Of a DNA stretch of 64,000 nucleotides, positions 10,441-20,410 are shown in pieces (position 1 is the stretch's first letter; every line of letters begins with the position of its first letter). The notes under the pieces are model-generated. The model did not search any database and had not been told where the DNA came from. It was given only the letters and a program-made list of their open reading frames with translations. Position numbers and translations under genes: made by a program. The stretch comes from an uncultured bacterium. GTDB lineage: Bacteria > Babelota > Babeliae > Babelales > JACPOV01. The stretch lies in the NCBI GenBank assembly GCA_963744715.1, contig CAVUUR010000006.1, positions 1 to 64,000 on the forward strand. Reading direction: 5' to 3'.

Positions 10441-10560
10441 AAAATCAATTAATTTTTGAAACTGCACAAGGTAACTCTTATTGATGTTGGTATTGGTTTT
10501 AAATATTTTGTGTCATTTCATTATGGTAATTTTTATGGCAGTTTAGGTGTTTTGTCATAC
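10441..10560 (+). pseudogene. Decayed fragment of a paralog of the 9115-9705 OMP gene
   Basis: Aligns by eye to ~9345-9465 (ggtaac.cttattgatgt...ggttttaaatattt.gtg.catttc..tatggtaatttttatg). Confidence 0.7.
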
Positions 10561-10578
10561 AGTTAAATACTTCAAGAT

Positions 10579-11556
10579 TTATTTCTCTTTTTTTGCAAAA
10601 ACATCGGCAAGCGCTCGATTTGCCTGAGCAATTGCTGAACGGACGGCCGGAGTTTGTGTTATTGCATTAAGCATTACGCAATCATGAATCACGCCAATCG
10701 AACGAATTGCTACAACCGGCACCCCTGCTTGCATAAGTTTATGTGCATACGCCTCACCTTCATCACGCAGTACGTCACTTTCATTAGTAAAAATTAAAGC
10801 CGGCGGTAAATCTTTAAGTTGGTCTAAAGAAGCTTTTAACGGCGAAGCTAATGGCTTTGCCCGATCTGCTTTATTAGGTACGTAATTATCCCAAAACCAT
10901 TCCATTGCGGGTTTTGTAAGCCATGGCCCCTGCGCAAATTGCTCATATGAAGGCGTATCAAAACGTGCGTCGGTAACCGGATAAAATAGTAGTTGAAACA
11001 TAAATTTAGGGCCACCACGCTCGTGCGCCATCATTGCTATTGCCGTTGCCATCAACCCGCCCACGCTATCACCCACAATAGCCATGCGGGAACTATCAAG
11101 GTTACATTCTTTACCGTGTTCTTCCACCCATTTAGCAGCAGCATATCCTTGTTCATGCGCTAAAGGATATTGGCCTTCAGGTGCTAGTGTATAATCAACA
11201 AACACCACGGCAGCTTGCGCTCCGTTAGCAATTTCACGAACTAACCGATCATGCGTTGCTTTACTACCAAGTACCCAACCACCGCCATGCATAAAAATAA
11301 TTACGGGCAAACTGCTCGTGTTTCCCTTTGGGCGAATAATACGAATGTTAACAGGCCCACTTGAACCTTCTGAGATTGTGCGATCTTCAATATCTGCCGG
11401 CAACGTTGCAACAGGACCTGCTTGCGCCTGCTCAAGTACGTTACGTGCATCTTTGGCGGATAATGTGTACAGTGGTTTACCACCTTGTTTGGCGAGAGCA
11501 TCTACAAATTTCTGGATAATAGGATCTAGGATTTGCTTGGATGATGGATTACTCAT
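10579..11556 (-). CDS. Alpha/beta hydrolase, HSL-family lipase/esterase
   Basis: HGGGW oxyanion motif, GDSVGG nucleophile, DVLRDEG and His (IHD). Confidence 0.9.
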   Translation of the reverse strand: MSNPSSKQILDPIIQKFVDALAKQGGKPLYTLSAKDARNVLEQAQAGPVATLPADIEDRTISEGSSGPVNIRIIRPKGNTSSLPVIIFMHGGGWVLGSKATHDRLVREIANGAQAAVVFVDYTLAPEGQYPLAHEQGYAAAKWVEEHGKECNLDSSRMAIVGDSVGGLMATAIAMMAHERGGPKFMFQLLFYPVTDARFDTPSYEQFAQGPWLTKPAMEWFWDNYVPNKADRAKPLASPLKASLDQLKDLPPALIFTNESDVLRDEGEAYAHKLMQAGVPVVAIRSIGVIHDCVMLNAITQTPAVRSAIAQANRALADVFAKKEK

Positions 11557-11741
11557 AATAAAAATCCTTTAGTGACACAAAGCTTCGCAATTATGATTTC
11601 ATTTTTTTCACATTAATTATTTGGCACTATAGAAAAAAAATATCATCCAAGCAAGAGATTTATTGCATTTTGTTGAGAGTGCTAGTTAATGTAATTAATA
11701 AAAAAAATTTGAGAGGCAAGATCTTAACGAGGAGATGTTGA

Positions 11742-12050
11742 ATGATTACACAACTCACAGAAAATACCATCAAAGAATCCACTCAACCAATTATTATAAA
11801 AGCATCTGCAACCTGGTGCCCGCACTGCGCTAACATGAAACCAATTTTTGAAAAGCTTGAAAAAGAACTCGGTAAAAAATATATATTTGCCGAGTTTGAC
11901 GTTGATGAGTTACCCGATCTCACCGAGCAATTTAATATTACCGCCCTTCCTACGTTTATTGTTATAAAAAATAAGAAAGAAGTAGGAAGAATAATAGGCG
12001 AAATGGCGCAGAAGGAACTTAAAGAAAATATTGAAAAATATCTAGGTTAA
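11742..12050 (+). CDS. Thioredoxin-family protein
   Basis: WCPHC motif; RBS GAGGAG. Confidence 0.9.
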   Translation: MITQLTENTIKESTQPIIIKASATWCPHCANMKPIFEKLEKELGKKYIFAEFDVDELPDLTEQFNITALPTFIVIKNKKEVGRIIGEMAQKELKENIEKYLG

Positions 12051-12098
12051 TAATTTGATGGAAAAATTGTCAGTAGGTGCTTTCTATTGCTGACCCAA

Positions 12099-12208
12099 TC
12101 CCCCTACGGCAAGGCTTCGGCGAACAGCTTTTGCGTTATGCTAATAACCTTAACTTATCATGTATACAGTTCATTAAAATGGCATGCCAGCTGAAGCTTC
12201 AGCTGGCA
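12099..12208. repeat. Solo diverged copy of the structured repeat flanking the GIY-YIG gene
   Basis: Shares cctacg.caaggcttcggcg.acagcttt and ggc.tgccagctgaagctt.ag with 21766-21883; ends in a perfect 24-bp palindrome (12185-12208). Confidence 0.8.
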
Positions 12209-12477
12209 CCACCCTAATTATCAGGTTATCTAACAGGCATATAGAATTAATACCCTGCACTCTGCAAAAATCTGTTAAAATATCCTTATACTCTTAACTA
12301 TTTCTGAGATAATTGCACAAAAAAACCCGTCTTGACAAAATCATCTTTATAATATATTCTATTAGTAATAATTAATTATAAAAAGCCATTAAATTAAGGC
12401 ATTTTATGGTATTTTTAAATTCAGCCTCACCGGGGTTTAAAAATTATTGGGGCCTAAACTATTTAGGAGACTATTTT

Positions 12478-13239
12478 ATGAAAATATTTTCAATATTCTT
12501 AACAATGCTATTCCTCTGCAATTCATCACTTTATAGCATGGATTCATTGCCTCAATTGCCTACAAACGTTGAGAATATACTAAATCAACATACTGATGAA
12601 CTTAAAGAGCTTTTAAGTGAATGGAATAATCCTAAGAAACATTATCGCAATTTTTGTAAAAAGTCTTGGCTTCCTGATTATTATATCAAATATGATATAG
12701 CACGTTTCTTTAATGCAGAAAAATTGAAAAAAACTATAAAAAAAGATAAATTGGATTGCCTTTCAATCGCTGAAAAATATTTGTATCATGTTCCTGGCAT
12801 GCCCCAACAATTATCAAAGGAAAATTATCTGGTTATTGCCAAGGAAGCTTTAGGTAAATCGGTAGAAAATAGCATATTAACACTTAAACCGGTACAACAA
12901 ATGAATCATTTAGTAGAAAACGAACTCGTTTCTGATATGCATCGCGATAATTATCTAGTAACAGATAAAGGAATCACTATCATTGATACCGACCGTGATA
13001 CCATGCCTTCTTCATTAAAAGAATTTTACTGGAATAAAGTACAAATGGTGTTTACTCCTGAGAGAGTAACGGATCCAGCAGATCGATTTTACTTTTCTGC
13101 TAAAGATTACTTAGATAAAGATTCTCTCAATTGGCTACAACAACAACATGAAAAAAGAAATAGAATAAAAAAAATGTGGTACTATAGTACAATTACTACT
13201 GGAACTATAATAGGAACGGCTGCTTATAGCTGCCTTTAA
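12478..13239 (+). CDS. Secreted hypothetical protein with protein-kinase-like motifs
   Basis: RBS AGGAGA; signal peptide ending LYS-MD; DMHRDNYLV...IIDTD; C-terminal hydrophobic tail. Confidence 0.55.
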   Translation: MKIFSIFLTMLFLCNSSLYSMDSLPQLPTNVENILNQHTDELKELLSEWNNPKKHYRNFCKKSWLPDYYIKYDIARFFNAEKLKKTIKKDKLDCLSIAEKYLYHVPGMPQQLSKENYLVIAKEALGKSVENSILTLKPVQQMNHLVENELVSDMHRDNYLVTDKGITIIDTDRDTMPSSLKEFYWNKVQMVFTPERVTDPADRFYFSAKDYLDKDSLNWLQQQHEKRNRIKKMWYYSTITTGTIIGTAAYSCL

Positions 13240-13340
13240 AAATCGTCTAACATAATTAATGCGTTATATTCTTAGCAACGATTAATTTAGAAAAATCATA
13301 TTTTGACAAGCAACGTAAATCACGGAAAAATAACTGTATT

Positions 13341-14054
13341 ATGAAAACCATGACGTCACGACAACAACAATTCTTTGCCGCATTACCTGCTTCGTGGAAA
13401 AAACCATTAGAAGATGTTTGCAGCAGGCCCGAAATCGATGTACTTGTGCACTATTTACAAGAGCGCGAAAAAGCCGGTGCAACGATATATCCGGCAAAAC
13501 AAAATATATTTGTTGCATTACGGGCAACACCATTTAATGAAGTGAGCGTTGTTATTGTTGGACAAGATCCGTATCATGGTCCTGGCCAAGCTCATGGATT
13601 AAGTTTCAGCGTGCCACCCGGAGTCCCTGTGCCGCCCTCTTTGCGCAATATCTTTAAAGAGTTGCATAATGATATTCATATGGCGATTCCTACCGGTGGT
13701 ACCTTAAACGGCTGGGCAAAGCAGGGAGTATTATTACTTAATGCTATTTTAACGGTTGAGGAAGGACAGCCTGCGAGTCACGCAGGAAAGGGTTGGGAAA
13801 TTTTTACTGATGCCATTATTGAGCAATTACTGAAACGCAACCACCCCACCGTTTTAATGTTATGGGGAGCATACGCACAAAAAAAAATTCAACATTTACA
13901 CTTGCACTTAGATCCGGCCAGGCACTTAGTTTTAAAGGCAGCGCATCCATCACCATTGTCAGTACAGGGTTTTTTAGGATGCCATCATTTTTCTAAAGCA
14001 AATGAATTTTTAAAAAAGCATCATATACCAGAAATTAATTGGGCAACGCTTTGA
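13341..14054 (+). CDS. ung: Uracil-DNA glycosylase, family 1
   Basis: GQDPYH, PPSLRNI, GVLLLN and HPSPLS motifs. Confidence 0.95.
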   Translation: MKTMTSRQQQFFAALPASWKKPLEDVCSRPEIDVLVHYLQEREKAGATIYPAKQNIFVALRATPFNEVSVVIVGQDPYHGPGQAHGLSFSVPPGVPVPPSLRNIFKELHNDIHMAIPTGGTLNGWAKQGVLLLNAILTVEEGQPASHAGKGWEIFTDAIIEQLLKRNHPTVLMLWGAYAQKKIQHLHLHLDPARHLVLKAAHPSPLSVQGFLGCHHFSKANEFLKKHHIPEINWATL

Positions 14055-14165
14055 CGTTATTCGTTCTGTCTTAGCTAAATCTGATACCTTACATGACGTA
14101 TTATTGCTCTCGTTTCTCATTGCGCTACAATAAGTATAGAAATTTCGTAACGAGAAGGAGTAACG

Positions 14166-15271
14166 TTGAGCACTATGTATAACGTATTTTTTTGCCTATT
14201 TTTAACATTATTTAACTATACCAATATATCACCTCATTATATTACTTTTGCGTCATCGAAGGTTGCTAAATCATCTCAAGAGGGTTTGCTTGCAAATACT
14301 CCGGTTAAAACAATAGATGGTTACAAAAATATCCAAGACCTTAACGTACGTGATTTCATCATTGGATACGATAAAGACATCAAAAAATTTATCTACCACA
14401 GGAAAAAATATGGGTCAATGCTGAAGATATAAAACCGGGCGACTATGTATGCACAAATACTATCAATTGCTGTTCAGTGAAACATGTAGAAAATATAGCT
14501 TTACCAGTTCTTATCTATGCGATTACTGTTGAACACCATCATTTTTGCATAACATCTTCTGATATCGTAGTCCACAATTCTGATACTGCCAGTCTTGGTT
14601 CTATCGCCGCTATTGCAACAATTGCATCTCTTACAAATCCAATAAGTGGAATTATTGGAGGAACCGTTGTGGCAGCAGCCGCAATTTCTATAATACTCTA
14701 TCAAATACTGCACAACGATTCTCCCTTAAAACATGAACATAATAAAGCGTATCCCATCACTCCTACTAATTCTACTACTCCTTCTCAAAATCCTATTGCT
14801 TTGCAAGAACAAGTTCATAATGCACAAAAAATAGAAGCTCAAAAAGCCGAAGATAAGCAATCAGAACATGGGGAAAAATCAGCTGAAAGTAATGGTGGTG
14901 ACCCTGAGCCTGAACCACCGACAGACCAAGAAGATGATAATGGCAATGATGATAAAAACAATGACAAAAATAAATCAAAAAAAGTTGAAATTGGCAAGGA
15001 TGATGAATCACATATATTTGAAGATAGGCCGGGACATATGATAGATACACCAGAAAATAGGAACTTACTTATCGCTCTTGCTTCAAATGTAAAAAATTTT
15101 CTTGGTCTAGATAAGCATGGAACGGAATGGTATGCTCAAATAACAGCTAATGGCAAACAACTTTGGGCTGCCGTTAGAAATTGCATAATTAGAAATGGTG
15201 GAATTAATGACGTCCCCAAAATATTTAACTCTGAGACAGGACTTTGTCAATTGCCAAAAATGAGAAAATGA
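14166..15271 (+). pseudogene. Hint-domain polymorphic toxin, split by a frameshift/deletion near 14375
   Basis: Frame 1: signal-like region then EGLLANTPVKTIDGYKNIQDL. Frame 2 (open from 14375): HQKIYLPQEKIWVNAEDIKPGD...YAITVEHHHFCITSSDIVVHN, a hydrophobic segment, an acidic linker and a C-terminal HIF...GH..DTPENR...WYA...QLW..VRN...NGG domain. Confidence 0.7.
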
Positions 15272-15687
15272 ACATTATGAATACCAGGCTCACACCCCTT
15301 CAAGCATTTAATGCTATGACAAAATTTTTAGAGATCTATTTTAAGAGAACATCATCAGACAGTATTGGAGCGCTTTTAAGTTGTATGCAATTTTTAGAAG
15401 ATGGGCAAACAGCTGACCAAGCAATATGGGAAGATTGGATTACTTCTCTTAAAGGCCAAAAATACATAACACCAATACAAGCATTTGATACAATGAATAT
15501 ATTTTTAAAACGTTACTACAGAAATAGTTCATCTGATAATATCCAATCATTATTAAAGGATATACAATATGCTAAGGATGGTGAAATTGCTGATCAAAAA
15601 ATAAAAACATTATGGACAAAATGTGTTGATAAAGTATTGAGTGAACCGGAGGGCTCGAGGCAATACCTACAACTAGTAAAAGAATAG
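15268..15687 (+). CDS. Putative immunity protein 1
   Basis: ATGA overlap with the toxin stop codon; two internal T-P-x-QAF..M..FL..Y repeats. Confidence 0.6.
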   Translation: MNIMNTRLTPLQAFNAMTKFLEIYFKRTSSDSIGALLSCMQFLEDGQTADQAIWEDWITSLKGQKYITPIQAFDTMNIFLKRYYRNSSSDNIQSLLKDIQYAKDGEIADQKIKTLWTKCVDKVLSEPEGSRQYLQLVKE

Positions 15688-15688
15688 T

Positions 15689-16099
15689 ATGTTAACAAAG
15701 CTACAAGCATTTGCGGCTATGCAGTATTTCTTGGATCGATATTATTGGAAAACATTGACAGACGATTTAGGCGGCATTTCCAGTTGCTTAATGTTGTTGA
15801 GTGATGGTAAGCCTGCAGATGCTGCATTTGAAGAAGATTGGCTAGACAGCGCTAAAGTAATTATACCTAATTATCATGAGAACATGCTCATTACAGTATC
15901 TCGGGCTTATGCGATAACAAAAGAGTTCTTACAACTTTATTGTCGCGTTGGGTTTTCGCAAGAGGTGCAACAACTAATTGATCGTATGACGGTAGATAAA
16001 AACGGTTATATTGTTGATACAGAAATCAGAGAACTTTGGGACGAAAGTATTGAGCTAGCAATTAAAAATGGACCTATGTATCTACATCTCATAAAATAG
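15689..16099 (+). CDS. Putative immunity protein 2, paralog of 15268-15687
   Basis: LTKLQAFAAMQYFLDRYY...DGKPADAA.EEDW resembles the upstream gene; 1-bp spacing. Confidence 0.6.
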   Translation: MLTKLQAFAAMQYFLDRYYWKTLTDDLGGISSCLMLLSDGKPADAAFEEDWLDSAKVIIPNYHENMLITVSRAYAITKEFLQLYCRVGFSQEVQQLIDRMTVDKNGYIVDTEIRELWDESIELAIKNGPMYLHLIK

Positions 16100-16217
16100 C
16101 TGGTTCATTCAAGAATAACTGTTTTCAATAATCAAACGTAGATTCATCAACCACTAGAAGAATAGCCGACATTACTAGATTTAGCTTGTGCGGCACATCT
16201 GTGAAAACTTAAGCGAC

Positions 16218-16288
16218 GACTTTGTCAGGCAATCAAAATGAGAAAATAATTAATATGAATACCAGACGCACACCACTTCAAGCATTTA
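16218..16288 (+). repeat. Degenerate copy of the toxin-end/immunity-start junction (15240-15310)
   Basis: gactttgtca...aaaatgagaaaat...tatgaataccag..cacacc.cttcaagcattta present at both sites. Confidence 0.75.
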
Positions 16289-16815
16289 TCCTTTAATCTT
16301 TCAATAATATATATTTTTTGATCTCACTATTTTTTTCTATTTTCAACGCCTGCTTATGTTTTCTTGTCTGTGCTTTTTGATGAGCTATGTCAGGAATATA
16401 GCAATCCTGTCAACATATCGGTTACGTCCTAACCCTCGCCATATATAAAGAACTCATATTTAAGCAATGCAATGCTCCTGACATTGCGTGCACGTATGCG
16501 CAACAGTTTTTTATCGAGTTTCAGATAATGCATGGAGAGCTGCCCATAAGATTGAACAAGGAGATGTATTGCTGTGTTGAGATAATACACTTTGTGAAGT
16601 TGTCATCGGTTTCTTTAATTAATGACCCATTAGAAGTTTATACGATTGAAGTTGGAAATACGCATACTTTTTAAGCAAGAAAAAATAATTATTGCACTTT
16701 GTTCTTGTGTTTAGATAATGTAACATAAAGCTTCAATCTGGAGAATTTATTTTCTCACGCTTTGTACCCGTATTTCGATAACTTACATTAATAGAGCTCT
16801 AACTAGGAGAATTAG

Positions 16816-18714
16816 ATGAATGTAAAGCCCATATTGTTATGGTCAATCATGGTAACATGTTTGAGTAGTCAACATGGACTGGATGCAAATTCAATTCCTC
16901 AGATATTTCATTCAGAGGAACTTATTCTAAAGCGTCTCTATGGCTTAACGTTATGTGCGAATTTCCGGAAGGGTAACGATGAAGAAGAGAAAGCATCATC
17001 TTCCTTACAGAAGGCACGAGTTAGCCAAGGTAATATTGCGCTCAATGGAACAGCTTACGGCTGGTCCAAGATGACCTCATCCACTGCAAATAGTGGACGC
17101 GTTGCTCAACCCGGGTTAAATGATAACAACCTGACGAAAGATGTCGACTTACAACCTGACGGAGAAAAAGTCGGCGCGTGGGAAGCGGCAGGCATTATTT
17201 GGTCAAGTCCTGTAACTATCACCGCTGTTGATTTTATCAATGGTTCGGTGACGAGTGAAGGAGATGGCTTCCTTACAGCCAATTGTATGCTTCAGTTCAC
17301 AACCAACGGTTCAACCTGGACCAACTCCAATTGGGTCATTAACCCTTCCTATCCATATTCAAAAGCAGCTGGAGGAAAAACCTATACATTTTCAGGACCT
17401 ATCGGCGGGATTAGCGGTATCTTGGGCGCACGAATTGTGGGACAGGTTCGTACGACAGACACCTCTTACCATTGGATTGTAAAGGAAGTTCAGGTAACTG
17501 GAAGCACAGGGTCTGTCACCTCATTTGCAATTACTGCTAGCGCTGGAGCTAATGGTTCAATCAGCCCTTCAGGTAATATTTCAATTGCGCAAGGTAATAG
17601 CCAGTCGTTCACTATTACTCCTGCAACAGGCTTTGCGATCGCAAGTGTTATTGTGGATGGTTCAGATCAAGGAGCCATTGGTTCTTACACCTTCTCAAAT
17701 GTTCAAGCAAATCATTCTATTAGCGCTACCTTTAAGTCAACGTCCGTATCTTGCACAACAGCTCCTGATGTTCCGACAGGTCTTGCTTGCCCAAGTCAGA
17801 CGAGCACAAGTGTGAATTTGTCTTGGAATCCAGTCAACGTTGCTCCAGGCTGTTCGGTAACCTATAACGTTTACCAAAATGGCGTTATGGTAACAACGGT
17901 TTCTACAAATACTGCAGTCATTAACGGTTTAACAGCCAACACGACATATATATTTACGGTGGCAGCTGTGAATTCCGTCGGTACTTCTGCACAGAGTTCT
18001 GCTCTTTCTGTCAAGACTGCGCCTTCCTCAGGAAATTATACAGCTCAACAAATACTTGCGGCCGTTCAACAGCACATGACTTCTTCGGTTCAAGTAAACC
18101 AATTGCCCCACATAAATACGATGACTCGGGCGATGAATGTGAATGTCTACCAAGTAAGCTCTGGCGTCTTCGCCTACACTTCTAGTATGGCCATCGACAC
18201 TGATGGAAGCGATCCAGATCCAGATCCGGACCACCAGAACCAGACTACATGGCAAGACAGTAGCGGCGCCCAATTGGGAGCACATCACGTTGCTTTCTAC
18301 GTGTTGGGTGATGACTGCTGGGACAAAATCTCCCCGTGCCCGCATTTCTTCTATCCGGAACACAATATCACTGGCCTTCAATTCGCTTTGATCTTCTACA
18401 ATGGCGCTGTTATCGGCTCAGTGTTCGGTGATACACAGACTGGCAATCAACAGACTACCTCGCAGAATGATTCACGCGAACTGGGTGAAGCCTCGGTTGC
18501 TGCGGCAAACATGCTTGGCATCCCTAGTAGCGGAACAACCGGCGGCGTGGATAATGGCGTCACCGTCGTCATTTTCTCCGGTCCGCAGTGGGTCGTTCAG
18601 GGCACCAACGAGGGCACTGGTCCTGTAGGTTCCGCAACCGGGTCGCTGAATGGCAATGCGCAGGCGCTGGTCCAAATGGCATTGAATACTCTGGGAAATG
18701 CATTCGGCCTGTAA
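16816..18714 (+). CDS. Secreted modular protein: beta-sandwich, Ig/InlB-like repeat, FN3 and C-terminal GH75 chitosanase
   Basis: Signal peptide; AITASAGANGSISPSG repeat-type domain; FN3 (LSWNPV..YNVY..GLTANTTY.FTVAAVN); GH75-like MAIDTDG, QTTW, FGD and LGEAS. Confidence 0.7.
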   Translation: MNVKPILLWSIMVTCLSSQHGLDANSIPQIFHSEELILKRLYGLTLCANFRKGNDEEEKASSSLQKARVSQGNIALNGTAYGWSKMTSSTANSGRVAQPGLNDNNLTKDVDLQPDGEKVGAWEAAGIIWSSPVTITAVDFINGSVTSEGDGFLTANCMLQFTTNGSTWTNSNWVINPSYPYSKAAGGKTYTFSGPIGGISGILGARIVGQVRTTDTSYHWIVKEVQVTGSTGSVTSFAITASAGANGSISPSGNISIAQGNSQSFTITPATGFAIASVIVDGSDQGAIGSYTFSNVQANHSISATFKSTSVSCTTAPDVPTGLACPSQTSTSVNLSWNPVNVAPGCSVTYNVYQNGVMVTTVSTNTAVINGLTANTTYIFTVAAVNSVGTSAQSSALSVKTAPSSGNYTAQQILAAVQQHMTSSVQVNQLPHINTMTRAMNVNVYQVSSGVFAYTSSMAIDTDGSDPDPDPDHQNQTTWQDSSGAQLGAHHVAFYVLGDDCWDKISPCPHFFYPEHNITGLQFALIFYNGAVIGSVFGDTQTGNQQTTSQNDSRELGEASVAAANMLGIPSSGTTGGVDNGVTVVIFSGPQWVVQGTNEGTGPVGSATGSLNGNAQALVQMALNTLGNAFGL

Positions 18715-18804
18715 GCCCAAAAAAGGATGTCCGCCATAGCCTTGGCAACGGCTGGAAGTACTCAGTGAAAATACAAAGTAAATCAGAAATAACGCTCATG
18801 AGAG

Positions 18805-18836
18805 AGGCTCGTGAAACCCACGAGCCTTGGTTTTTT
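18805..18836 (+). terminator. Rho-independent terminator
   Basis: aggctcgtg/cacgagcct stem followed by a T run. Confidence 0.7.
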
Positions 18837-19038
18837 ATATGTTATTTCAGCAAAACCAAATCTTGCCGTGAAGTATATCTTTTTAGTAAGCTTCACCTAG
18901 TTTTTTTTAACACAGTTAAATTTAGGAGTTTTTTATGAAAAATCAATTTATAGAATTTTTAACTTTAATACAAGTCGTTTTTGATTCCAGAACTATTGCA
19001 GGTTATTTCTGTTCAGATTCTTGTGTTTCGCACTGGAA

Positions 19039-20184
19039 TTATTTCAGATGAGCGCCAAGAAATTTAATAATGTGGGTATTGATTATGGTCAGCGTTTTAT
19101 ACGAATCTGCTGCGTGCCATGCACGAAGAGGCCATTTAATGAGTATCCCATCACCAAAATCATCGTGCGTCGCGCCCGGAATTATTATCATTGAGCAAAG
19201 AGGCTCTTTACAAAGCTCCTTTCTATGATTAGCAATGTTTTGCTCTCTCTCAAAATACTGTTCGCGTGTTATTCCTTTTCTTTTTAAATATTCAGGCATT
19301 GGTTCTGACACTTCCACACTCTTTGCACCAAACATCAAAAGTAATGGCTTTTTAAGCGGTTCATGGCCAATGATATGATCGTACCATCCATCAAGATCGA
19401 CTGCTGCCTTGCAACGATTATCACTGCGACAAAACTCTATTGCAGCAGTGCCGCCAGCAGAATGACCCATTACACCGATTCTATGAAGATCAAGACGATG
19501 ATAAAAAATGCTTTGAGTATTTTGATTAAGGACTTCTAATTGATCAATTACCAATGCCATATCAACCTTATAAGTATCAATCGCTTTACTTTGAAATTCA
19601 TGCTGTTCTTGCGGTGACATCATTTGAAATTGCACACTCAAATCATGAGAACTCGCAATACCACCATCGGGATATTGTGTCATGATATTAAAATAAGGGT
19701 GATTTATACCAACAACCACATAACCATGACTTACTACATTTTCGATGATTGCCGTATACATCTCACTTGGTAAACCTAATAGTCCATGAGAAAAAAGAAT
19801 AACCGGATAGGCATTAAGCGTTGATGCTACGGGAGCATTGCTATATGCATGTGTTGCAACATTGCGCCATAACAATGAACTAAACCAATGTGGAATGTGA
19901 TAAAGATCAGCAAACATTTTTTGAAAAACAGCCATCTTGCTACCCAAATAAGGATATGGTTCTCCAGTTTTAACCGATGTTGGATACCACATGCGTACTT
20001 CCACTATTCGTTCTTTGTTACCAGAAGCATAGGGATCATTTCTGTGTTCATCAATAACGTATAATGATTGAGTACCAACGGAATAAGTACCTGTCGGTTG
20101 AGGAAACTGTTTTAATATTGGTGAAACATACCATAAACTTGCTGCTATACATCCTACCGCCAGACCAATAACTTTTTTGAACAT
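19039..20184 (-). CDS. Alpha/beta hydrolase, PAF-acetylhydrolase-like
   Basis: PTGTYSVG, PVILFSHG, GHSAGG, DLDG and GATHDDF. Confidence 0.85.
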   Translation of the reverse strand: MFKKVIGLAVGCIAASLWYVSPILKQFPQPTGTYSVGTQSLYVIDEHRNDPYASGNKERIVEVRMWYPTSVKTGEPYPYLGSKMAVFQKMFADLYHIPHWFSSLLWRNVATHAYSNAPVASTLNAYPVILFSHGLLGLPSEMYTAIIENVVSHGYVVVGINHPYFNIMTQYPDGGIASSHDLSVQFQMMSPQEQHEFQSKAIDTYKVDMALVIDQLEVLNQNTQSIFYHRLDLHRIGVMGHSAGGTAAIEFCRSDNRCKAAVDLDGWYDHIIGHEPLKKPLLLMFGAKSVEVSEPMPEYLKRKGITREQYFEREQNIANHRKELCKEPLCSMIIIPGATHDDFGDGILIKWPLRAWHAADSYKTLTIINTHIIKFLGAHLK

Positions 20185-20410
20185 CACAATCCTCTTATTG
20201 ATTGAAAAAATGCTTATAAGAAATATCCCCATTTTTTTGCATAATATAACTATAATGAGCAGTAATTATTCACGCAATAAATAAGATAGAAGATTCTGGC
20301 AAGAAGATATACGAGTGGACAGATTAATGCATATAAATAAAGGGTTGACTTTCTTGCTACAATAATAACAAAATCATGTACAAGTTAATTTGCTACAAAA
20401 GGAGAATAAA

